Assembly (NCBI GenBank): GCA_031402515.1
Contig: JANNSK010000093.1
Span: forward strand, 1 to 58,208
Direction of reading: 5' to 3'
Length of the DNA: 58,208 nucleotides
Source: Alphaproteobacteria bacterium
Lineage (GTDB): Bacteria > Pseudomonadota > Alphaproteobacteria > Rickettsiales > UBA3002
Made by a program: the position numbers and the translations under genes. Shown in pieces: positions 49,312-58,208 of the stretch (its first letter is position 1; every line of letters starts with the position of its first letter). A model generated the notes under the pieces. That model made no database searches, was not told where the DNA came from, and saw only the letters and a list, made by a program, of their open reading frames with translations.

Positions 49312-49599
49312 ATGGTTGAAATCCATCAGGCAAATCCAGTACTGCAGCGCGATTTGTGGCTGAAACGCCTGCGCTATCGTAGCTGGCACCGCGGCTGTAA
49401 GGAAACCGACCTTGTACTCGGCACCTTCTGCGACCAGCATATCGAGCGCTTAACCGACGCCGACTTGCGCCGATATGAGGCCTTGCTGGATGAAGAAGAC
49501 GCCGATATATGGAGCTGGATCACCGGAAAATCTTCCTGCCCCAAGCCAGAATTTTTGCCCTTGCTGGATGAATTGAAAACGCTTCAGCTGCACGCGTAA
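49312..49599 (+). CDS. sdhE: succinate dehydrogenase assembly factor 2
   Basis: RLRYRSWHRGCKETDLVLG. Confidence 0.93.
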   Translation: MVEIHQANPVLQRDLWLKRLRYRSWHRGCKETDLVLGTFCDQHIERLTDADLRRYEALLDEEDADIWSWITGKSSCPKPEFLPLLDELKTLQLHA

Positions 49600-52500
49600 T
49601 GAAAATTCCTCCACAGATTGCAGGGCTAAGGCCCGGCACCCACACACACATGACACATGTGCCGTTCACGGCGCAGGCCTATGCACTGGCTGAGCTCACA
49701 ACAACAAGCCTTCGCTCCATCGTTCATATCGTCCCACAAGATAAGGACATCGTAGCGCTTGCTGAGTTAATCCGGTTTTTAGCACCAGATATTTCGGTGC
49801 TTCATCTGCCCGCATGGGATACGCTACCTTACGACCGTATCTCGCCCGCGAGTTCTATACTTTCGCAGCGGCTGTCAACTTTAGGGTTATTAGCAAGCGA
49901 CGCGCGCCCAAAAACTTACATCCTATTAACTACACTCAATGCTGCCAGCCAGAAACTACCGCCGCGCGTGATGCTGGCCACGGCGAATTTCTCTATTACT
50001 AAAGGCAAAAAACTAAATCGCGATGCGCTCATTAGCTTCCTTGAGGGCAACGGCTATCATCGTGCATCGAAAGTCATGGAAGCGGGTGAATATGCCGTGC
50101 GCGGTTCACTGATTGACCTTTATCCGGCAGGTTCGGATGAAGCCGTGCGTATCGATTTATTCAGCGATGAGGTGGAATCGCTGAAAAACGTCGATCCCCT
50201 GACTCAACTTTCCGGCACATCCGTCGCCTCGTTAACGCTGCGGCCGGTGAGCGAGGCGCTACTTAACCCCGAAACCATCGCCCAATTTCGTACACGTTAT
50301 CGTGAGTTATTCGGCGCGATAACGAAGGAAGACCCGCTCTATGAATCCATTTCCGCCGGACGCACTTATGCGGGGATGGAACATTGGCTTCCCCTCTTCT
50401 ATTCACATCTCGACACGCTCGCCGATTATACGCCGGAGGCACTGCTCACAACCGATTATCGTATCGACGCGCTATATAAAGAACGGGCCACCGATATCGC
50501 CGACTATTACGATGCGCGGGTGAAGCATCAACACGCGAAAGATGCCGCATACCACCCTGTGCCGCCAGAGCAGCTGTTTTTATCGCCCAAAAGTTTTGCC
50601 GCGATATGGAATGACCACGTACAAATCACGTTCACGCCATTCGCCGGCGACGGGGTGTCGCTCGATATCCGCAGCAGCCCACAATTGTTTCATCGCGGCA
50701 AGGATGAGCATCCGGCGCAAATCGCTACTAATTTTATCGCGCAGGCGACCAAACCGGTGATACTTGCTGCTGCCTCGCTGGGCAGCGCCGAACGTATCCG
50801 CAAAATGCTGCATCTGGGCGATATTGAACCAAGCGCCTATTTCGCCGATGCGTTAAAAAACAAGGTGTCGCTTGCCATTCTTCCCATCGAACAAGGATTC
50901 GAAACGGATGCGTTTTTACTCCTCACCGAGCAGGATATGTTCGGTGAACGCATCATCCGCACCGCAAAGAAAAAACGCAAATCCGAAGCGTTTTTGCAGG
51001 AGGCCGCGAGTTTCCTTGAGGGCGAACTCATCGTCCACCGCGAGCATGGTATCGGTAAGTTCGAAGGCCTCATCACCCTTGATGTGAACAACACGCGGCA
51101 TGATTGCCTGAAACTCATCTATGACGGCGGCGATAAGTTATTCCTGCCCGTTGAGAATATCGACCTGGTCAGCCGCTATGGCGCGGCGGAAGAACACGTG
51201 CCGCTCGATAAATTGGGCGGCGTGGCGTGGCAAAAACGCAAATCATCCCTCAAAAAACGCCTCAAGATGGCGGCCGAGGCGCTACTCAAAGTTGCCGCTG
51301 AACGCGCGGCCAGAATAGCGCCAATTATGCACGCCGAGTCAGGTGCTTATGATGAGTTCTGCGCCCGCTTCCCCTATACGGAAACCGACGATCAAATGCA
51401 GGCCATTGAGGATGTGAAGGCCGACCTTGCCAGCGGTCATGTGATGGATAGGCTCATTTGCGGTGACGTAGGCTTCGGCAAAACCGAAGTCGCCATGCGC
51501 GCCGCGTTCATCGCCGCCGCTGCCGGGCATCAAGTCGCCATCATTGCACCGACCACCCTCCTCGCCCGCCAGCATTTCCACACCTTTTCCGCGCGCTTCA
51601 CCGGATTAAACTTTACTGTGCGTATGCTCTCGCGCCTGACTTTGTCGAAAGACGCCGACGATACCAAAAAACGCCTGCCGGAGGGTAAGGTCGATATCGT
51701 CATCGGCACCCATGCGTTGCTCGCTGCCGGCGTGCAATACAAACAACTCGGACTGCTGATTGTCGATGAAGAATAGCATTTTGGCGTGGCGCAGAAGGAA
51801 AAATTAAAACAACTCAAAAGCGATGTACATGTGCTGACGTTATCGGCCACGCCGATTCCGCGCACCTTGCAATTGTCGCTTTCCGGCGTGCGCGAATTAT
51901 CGCTCATTACCACGCCGCCCATCGACCGCCTTGCGGTCCGCACCTACATCATGCCTTACGATCCGGTGATTATCCGCGAGGCGATTTTGCGCGAGCACCA
52001 TCGCGGCGGAAAAACTTTCTTCGTCACCCCGCGCGTAAAATACATGGCAGAAATCCAAAGCAAAATCGCCGAACTTGTACCCGAAGTTAAAATCGCCGTC
52101 GCCCACGGGCAAATGGCCGCCGGCACGCTCGATAAAACCATGAATGCGTTTTACGACGGGAAATATGATGTGCTGCTATCGACCGCCATCATCGAATCCG
52201 GCATCGACATTCCCACCGCCAACACGATTGTTATCGACCGGCCGCAGCTTTTCGGCCTTGCCCAATTATACCAGTTGCGCGGGCGCGTTGGCCGCAGCAA
52301 GACGCGCGCCTATGCCTATTTCACCCTGCCCCATCACAAACTACTGAGTCGCGATGCCGAACGACGGCTGGAAGTCATGCAACAACTCGATAGTTTGGGC
52401 GCCGGATTCCAACTCGCCAGCCACGATATGGACATTCGCGGCTTCGGCAACCTGCTGGGCGAAGAGCAATCCGGCCACATCAAGGAAGTCGGCATCGAAT

Positions 52501-53051
52501 TGTATCAAACCATGCTGGAGGAAGCGATTGCCGACCTCAAACAGCGCAAAGCTATTGGCAATGCGGCCGAATCCGCCGAGAGCTGGAGCCCCCAAATCAA
52601 CCTCGGCATGTCGGTGCTCATCCCCGAATCCTATATCGAGGATTTACCGCTGCGCCTGAGCCTCTATCGCCGCGCCGCCGGGCTTGAACATGAACAAGAC
52701 ATCGAGAGTTTTGCCGCCGAACTGACCGACCGTTTCGGTACCCCTCCGGTCGAGGTCGAGCACCTGCTTTCCGTATTAAATATCAAAATTCTCTGCAAAC
52801 GCGCAGGCATTGCCCGTATGGATGTCGGGCCGAAAGGCGTCGTATTATCCTTCCGTGACAATAAGTTCGCCGCCCCAGATGCCCTGATTGCCTATATTTC
52901 CCGCCATCCGGCCCGTATCAAGCTCCGCGCCGACCAGACATTATTCATCGCTGCCGAAACCGAGGCGGATGAGGCCCGGTTAAAGACCGTCACTACGGTG
53001 GCCAACGAAATCGCAGGCCTCATCCCCCCATCACGATCGCAAGCTGCTTAA
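49599..53051 (+). pseudogene. mfd: transcription-repair coupling factor interrupted by one in-frame TAG
   Basis: Both ORFs are in one frame; DEE*HFGV at 51774-51776 where DEEQ is expected. Confidence 0.88.
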
Positions 53052-53998
53052 AAACGCACGCTTATGCCGCTGACAGCCGACCAGTCGGCCGTCAACTGGA
53101 CACCGTTGACATACTGATGGATCGGCTTCTCCAATAAGCCATAGAGCTGCACGGTTTCACTAAGCCCATAACTGATACCTGGACTAATCGAAATGCTGTA
53201 ACCGCCGCTATCCTCGGCTTCGGCCTCCAATCCGCTATCGCGCCATTTATATTGGCCGTTCATCTGCAGCAGGAGACTGAGCCGCTCGGTGGCATCATAG
53301 CGATAGCCGAGGTCAGCCGATAGTTTCTCACCCGGCTTGTACCCATCATGCTCGTAAAGTGGCAGTTGCGTAAGCACCTGTGCAAAGACCGATGAGTGGC
53401 TGGCAGACAAATTTCGGCGTGTATAAAAACCCAGCAGGGCATCAGTGGTACCCGTTCCCGGCTGCAGGCTGCGCTCGGCAAGATCGCCGTCACTGTTGCT
53501 GACATCCAACCTGCCGGTGGGCAGTTTGGCACCCAAATAAATACCAAACACATACGGATGATTCCAGTTCTGGAACTGGTAGCGCCCCAGCAGTTGCGCA
53601 TCGCCGATTTCGGTGAAATCCCACTGCTCGCGTATCGGCGATCCCATATGATTGTGGATATGGCGATGATAGCGACCCACCAGCGGCAGCGAGGCACTCA
53701 CTCCCCAGCCATCGGCAGCACCGTAATCCAGCGTCGCCAGCAGGTTACGGTTAAAAGTCTCAACTTCATCGTGATGATGCGGAATCTGCCCCACCCCGAT
53801 CTCCTTGGCACCGGCGCGCGGCTGGGCTTGAGGAACGTACTCGTAACGCAAATCCGCGCGCCGACCAGATTCGGTCCACACACCCTGCGTATTCCATTGC
53901 GTATTGACCGAACAAAATGCCGCGCCACAACTAGCCTGCGCGGTATAGGCATAGAACATCACAAGCGCACCGGCGCTTACGAACAAAACATTTCGCAT
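53048..53998 (-). CDS. putative outer-membrane beta-barrel (metal-uptake-like)
   Basis: Signal peptide then CGAAFC; His clusters; LPTG..LQPGTGTTD; terminal F. Confidence 0.75.
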   Translation of the reverse strand: MRNVLFVSAGALVMFYAYTAQASCGAAFCSVNTQWNTQGVWTESGRRADLRYEYVPQAQPRAGAKEIGVGQIPHHHDEVETFNRNLLATLDYGAADGWGVSASLPLVGRYHRHIHNHMGSPIREQWDFTEIGDAQLLGRYQFQNWNHPYVFGIYLGAKLPTGRLDVSNSDGDLAERSLQPGTGTTDALLGFYTRRNLSASHSSVFAQVLTQLPLYEHDGYKPGEKLSADLGYRYDATERLSLLLQMNGQYKWRDSGLEAEAEDSGGYSISISPGISYGLSETVQLYGLLEKPIHQYVNGVQLTADWSAVSGISVRF

Positions 53999-54035
53999 AA
54001 CAATTCCTTCACTGAATTAGATTAAATGAAACGAT

Positions 54036-54455
54036 CTATGAGCCAGTGAAGGCGTAAGGCGGAGAACGGGTGAGCAGTTTTCGCCAATCATGCTCGGCAA
54101 AGAAAGAGACGTCAGACGTGATGAGAAAAAACGGGGCGACGACCAGTAAAACAGTGGCGATGCCAACCGACGGAAGTGGTACGATGCCCTGCCCGTGCGC
54201 AGCCACATAGCATATCGCACACTGGTATTGCCGGTGCGGCTTGGGCAGTTCGACTTTGCCATTTTTTAGCTCTTCGCTACTGATGAAGCGAAAGCCATTC
54301 TCTGCACAGATCAGTATCTTGTCGCCAAACAGCGTATCCGTATTTTTTAGATGCTGGAACGACTGGTAGGTCGCGTAGAAAGGCAGCAGGGTATGCAATA
54401 ACAGTGCAACTGCGGCAAAAATCGGGATAAACGGGTTTCTCATCGGCTGCTGCAT
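54036..54455 (-). CDS. DUF2946-like protein
   Basis: N-terminal TM, ICAENG, CAIC, C-terminal RSPP; start inferred. Confidence 0.75.
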   Translation of the reverse strand: MQQPMRNPFIPIFAAVALLLHTLLPFYATYQSFQHLKNTDTLFGDKILICAENGFRFISSEELKNGKVELPKPHRQYQCAICYVAAHGQGIVPLPSVGIATVLLVVAPFFLITSDVSFFAEHDWRKLLTRSPPYAFTGS

Positions 54456-54573
54456 AACGGCACCATACCGGCGAAAAAAGAACATACAACTGCAGTTTTT
54501 TGCTACTTTCTTATGGCTTTCCGGCACCTGAAACCCTTGCAAAGCTGCGGATTACCGCTATATTCGCGCGCCT

Positions 54574-56574
54574 ATGAGCGACCTTTTCAGTAAGTCATCC
54601 GCAGCCCGCAAATCCGAAGCCAGCGGCTATTCGGCCAAGCATATCGAAGTCCTCGAGGGGCTGGAGCCGGTGCGCCGCCGCCCCGGCATGTATATCGGCG
54701 GTAACGACGAAAACGCCATGCACCACCTCATCCATGAGGTGTTCGATAACGCGATGGACGAGGCTGTTGCAGGGCATGCCAGCTTCATCGAGGTCGAGCT
54801 TGCCGGCAGCAACACCGTCACTGTGCGCGATAACGGACGCGGCATTCCCATCGACCCCCATCCAAAATTTCCTAAAAAATCAGCGCTTGAAGTGATTATG
54901 ACCACGCTGCATGCGGGCGGAAAATTCAACGATAAAGTCTATCACACGGCGGGCGGCCTTCACGGGGTTGGGATTTCCGTAGTCAATGCGTTGGCCGAGC
55001 ATCTCGAAGTCGAAGTCGCCCGCGACCAGCAGCTTTACAAACAAAACTACTCGCGTGGACTTCCGCAAGATAAGCTCAAAAAAATCGGCAGCGTCAAAAA
55101 CCGTCGCGGCACCTCAGTCACCTTCCGCCCGGATATCGAAATTTTCGGCAACAAAGCCAAATTTCGTCCGGAAAAAGTTTACAAACTCATCCGTGCCAAG
55201 GCGTATCTTTTCCGTGGCGTCGAAATCCGCTGGAAGTGCGACCCAGATTTATTGCCCGAAGGCGCGCTGACGCCTGCATCTGAGACCATCCATTTCCCCG
55301 GCGGACTGGCGGATTTCCTCATCATGGAAATCGGTGCGCGTCCACTCGCCACCACGCAAAATTTCAGTGGTGTGGCCGATATTGGTGAAAACCGTGGTCG
55401 CGTCGAGTGGGCAGTCGCCTGGCCGCGCGACGAGGAAGACGGGCATTATTCACTGTTCTGCAATACCATTCCGACGCCGGATGGTGGTACGCACGAGCAG
55501 GGTCTGCGCGCCGCGTTGACCAAAGGATTGCGCGCGTTCGGCGAGATGTCCAAAAACAAAAAAGCTGCCGCCATCACCGCCGACGATGTGATGGAAGGCG
55601 CCGTAGTAATTCTCTCACTATTCCTCAAAGACCCGCAATTCCAGGGCCAAACAAAAGACAGGCTGATGTCGAGTGAGGCGGTACGCCTCGTCGAAAATGC
55701 GCTGCGCGATCCGTTCGATCATTTTCTTTCTGGCGATATGGAATTGGGTAACTCGCTGCTCAACCACATCATTTACCGCGCGGAAGAACGGCTGCGTCGC
55801 CGACAGGAAAAAAATACGAAGCGCCAGAATGTTACCTCGCGCCTACGCCTGCCCGGCAAGCTCGCCGATTGCACGCGCAGCACGCCGGAGGGCACCGAGC
55901 TGTTCCTCGTCGAAGGCGATTCGGCGGGCGGTTCAGCCAAGCAGGCGCGCATCCGCGAAACGCAGGCGGTGCTGCCACTGCGCGGAAAAATCCTCAATGT
56001 CGCCTCCGCTTCGCTCGATAAAATACGCGCCAACCAAGAGATTTCCGATCTCATGCAGGCGATGGGCGTCTCGACCGGCAGCCAGTTCGATATCAAAAAC
56101 CTGCGCTATGAGAAAATCGTGATTATGACCGACGCTGACGTGGACGGCGCCCATATCGCCTCACTGCTCATGACGTTCTTCTATCAGGAAATGCCGGACC
56201 TCATCCGCAAAGGCCATTTATACTTGGCCCAGCCACCCCTCTTCCGGATCACCGCCGGTAACGTCACCTATTACGCGCAAACGGATGTCGAAAAGAACGC
56301 GCTGGTCGAGCAGCTCTCGGGCAAGCATAAAAGCCGCATCGATATCGGGCGCTTTAAAGGCTTGGGCGAAATGACGGCGCCGCAGCTTAAAGAAACCACG
56401 ATGGACCCCAAAAAACGCACCTTGCTCAGGGTGGAGATTGGCGAATCGGAAATCGACGAAACCGCCGAGCGCGTCCATCAGCTAATGGGTAAAAAGCCTG
56501 AATTACGATTCAAATTCATCCGCGAACAGACCGAACTTTACGGTGAAAAATTTAGGGAAGCGCTGGATGTTTAA
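54574..56574 (+). CDS. parE: DNA topoisomerase IV subunit B
   Basis: LEPVRRRPGMYIG, DNAMDEAVAG, EGDSAGGSAKQAR, RFKGLGEM; no GyrB insert. Confidence 0.93.
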   Translation: MSDLFSKSSAARKSEASGYSAKHIEVLEGLEPVRRRPGMYIGGNDENAMHHLIHEVFDNAMDEAVAGHASFIEVELAGSNTVTVRDNGRGIPIDPHPKFPKKSALEVIMTTLHAGGKFNDKVYHTAGGLHGVGISVVNALAEHLEVEVARDQQLYKQNYSRGLPQDKLKKIGSVKNRRGTSVTFRPDIEIFGNKAKFRPEKVYKLIRAKAYLFRGVEIRWKCDPDLLPEGALTPASETIHFPGGLADFLIMEIGARPLATTQNFSGVADIGENRGRVEWAVAWPRDEEDGHYSLFCNTIPTPDGGTHEQGLRAALTKGLRAFGEMSKNKKAAAITADDVMEGAVVILSLFLKDPQFQGQTKDRLMSSEAVRLVENALRDPFDHFLSGDMELGNSLLNHIIYRAEERLRRRQEKNTKRQNVTSRLRLPGKLADCTRSTPEGTELFLVEGDSAGGSAKQARIRETQAVLPLRGKILNVASASLDKIRANQEISDLMQAMGVSTGSQFDIKNLRYEKIVIMTDADVDGAHIASLLMTFFYQEMPDLIRKGHLYLAQPPLFRITAGNVTYYAQTDVEKNALVEQLSGKHKSRIDIGRFKGLGEMTAPQLKETTMDPKKRTLLRVEIGESEIDETAERVHQLMGKKPELRFKFIREQTELYGEKFREALDV

Positions 56575-57620
56575 TTATTCCCCATCGGAATAAGTCCCGC
56601 CGCCGTTTTTTTCATTTGCTTATGCTCGTCCTCCGGCAAAGGCAGCAGACCCTTCATGGCGAGATAACCGTCTTCACCGGTAGTGGAATCCGCCGTCAAC
56701 ATTACTCCGAATTCGCGGATACCGGGTACCAATTTTGCGTGCGCACGCTTGATATACACAAAAAGGCTGCGCGCTACCGGATAACTGCCATCGACGATAT
56801 GTTCAAAATCTGGCATCACCCCATCAATCGGATTGGCTTTAACTTTTCCGACATTCTGCTCGAGGAAACTATAGCCAAAAATACCGAGCGTTTCGCGATT
56901 GGCGTCGAGTTTCTGCACGATGATATTGTCATCCTCGCCCGCTTCGATAAATGCGCCATCCTCACGAATCGCAGTACATTGTTTCTTACGCGTTTCCTCA
57001 TCCGGATACGTCGTGGTGTATTCCTTTATTTCCTTACACGCTTCGCCCATGACGAGTTCGACAAACGCATCGCGTGTGCCGGAGGTCGGTGGCGGGCCGT
57101 ACAAGGAAATGGGTAAATCCGGCAAAGTTTCGTCAATTTCTTTCCAGCGTTTGTATGGATTTTGAACCAGCTTGCCGTCTTTAGGCACTTCGCGGGCAAG
57201 CGCCATGAACAAGATGCGCCTGCTCAACGAAAAAACCGGCGCCTGCCAGGCATTGGCAAGCACGATGCCATCATAGCCGATCTTGAGTTCGACGATCTCG
57301 TTGATGCCGTTGCTTGCACAACGTTCGACTTCAGATTTTTTAATGGGGCGTGAGGCATTCACCATATCGGGATAAGATTCGCCAATACCATCACAGAAGA
57401 GCTTGATACCGCCGCCGGTACCAGTTGCTTCCACGATAGGCGTACGAAATTGTTCATCCCGGCCAAACTGCTCTGCGGCCGCCGCGACAAAGGGAAATAC
57501 CGTAGAAGAACCAACGATACGAATCGCTTCGCGCGCCTCCACTGAGAGTGGCAGTAGCAAACAGAACAGTACGGTTAAGCAACGCATACGGCAGCATAGG
57601 GGTTGAAAAAACGAAGTCAA
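56571..57620 (-). CDS. pstS: phosphate ABC transporter substrate-binding protein
   Basis: IRIVGSSTVFP, TGTGGGIKLFC, GPPPTSGTRDAF; start may be ATG 57587. Confidence 0.92.
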   Translation of the reverse strand: MTSFFQPLCCRMRCLTVLFCLLLPLSVEAREAIRIVGSSTVFPFVAAAAEQFGRDEQFRTPIVEATGTGGGIKLFCDGIGESYPDMVNASRPIKKSEVERCASNGINEIVELKIGYDGIVLANAWQAPVFSLSRRILFMALAREVPKDGKLVQNPYKRWKEIDETLPDLPISLYGPPPTSGTRDAFVELVMGEACKEIKEYTTTYPDEETRKKQCTAIREDGAFIEAGEDDNIIVQKLDANRETLGIFGYSFLEQNVGKVKANPIDGVMPDFEHIVDGSYPVARSLFVYIKRAHAKLVPGIREFGVMLTADSTTGEDGYLAMKGLLPLPEDEHKQMKKTAAGLIPMGNN

Positions 57621-57621
57621 T

Positions 57622-58208
57622 TCAGCTTTTAAGCAGTGTGTCGACTTCTTCTTTACTCAAAACGTCACTGTCGCTGACAGGAACTTTGGCCGCGGCTTTT
57701 TCTTCCATGACAGGCGGAAGTGATGGCGCAGGCTCTTCTATTTTCACTTCGGGAGGAGCGGCAGGTGGCATAGCTGCCTGTTTTTGCTTGGCGTCGATCA
57801 GTTGATTCAGAATTTGATGCGGAATAATAAAGTCACTGAATGGCTGTTTCTTACTGATATCACGAATCTTCAGCGGCACGAATCGTTCGGCGGCAGTGGG
57901 TCGCACCACCGTCGCCACCTTAAACGACGATTTTGACTCACGCGGTGTCGTCGGCAGCGATACGCTCTCGATGGCCTCCGCTTTGGCAATTTTATGCGCT
58001 TCAATGGCAATCTCGACCGTTGGTAAATCACGCACGATACGATGTGGTTCGGGGATGCCTGCGACTTTGACCGCCATCAATGCACTTTCGGCTATCACGG
58101 CGACAAATTCCGTCGGCGTGCTATAGACGCGGTAACGCACCTTACTCTCATCGTCGATTTTGGCACGACGGACAGCGATGGCCTCAATCCCATTGGCAGT
58201 AACAGACG
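57622..58208 (-). CDS. hypothetical protein, 5'-truncated by the window edge
   Basis: Frame stays open to the edge (SVTANGIEAIAVRRAKIDDESKVRYRVY..); ends DVLSKEEVDTLLKS. Confidence 0.7.
   Translation of the reverse strand, partial: SVTANGIEAIAVRRAKIDDESKVRYRVYSTPTEFVAVIAESALMAVKVAGIPEPHRIVRDLPTVEIAIEAHKIAKAEAIESVSLPTTPRESKSSFKVATVVRPTAAERFVPLKIRDISKKQPFSDFIIPHQILNQLIDAKQKQAAMPPAAPPEVKIEEPAPSLPPVMEEKAAAKVPVSDSDVLSKEEVDTLLKS

Noticed and set aside
51774-51776. TAG reassignment or recoding
   Set aside because: TAG is the normal stop of tsf, dxr and bamA in this window.

Overview
Chromosomal segment of an alphaproteobacterium, probably Rickettsiales-like (inferred from 16S, an lpxI-type lipid A cluster, the sdhE-mfd/recG layout and a pcaH-like protein). 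It starts with the 5' ~985 nt of a 16S rRNA gene (minus strand) and its sigma70 promoter. The right half is mostly housekeeping: rpsB-tsf-pyrH-frr-uppS-cdsA-dxr-rseP-bamA-skp-lpxD-fabZ-lpxA-lpxI-lpxB, then recG, sdhE, mfd (internal TAG), a DUF2946-like/outer-membrane pair, parE and pstS. The left half mixes ordinary genes with 13 orphan or repurposed-enzyme ORFs. The main discovery is that every orphan transcription unit carries, or shares an intergenic region with, an 18-bp PhoB/OmpR-type direct repeat (approx. YYKTCAY-NAAA-YYKTCAY; 11 copies). Four copies sit 33-34 nt before the ATG, and I saw none before housekeeping genes or pstS. The orphans lack signal peptides and share distinctive C-terminal tails, and their cargos include an asparaginase domain, triple HTH, a DD-peptidase, coiled coils and Gly-rich membrane helices. 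Together this suggests an undescribed co-regulated secreted-effector regulon (inference; no secretion genes or cognate regulator are in the window). Also present: a 22-bp duplication that frameshifts one orphan, inverted 7/8-mer tandem arrays, REP/RPE-like palindromes, and a tRNA(CAT) overlapping a CDS end.
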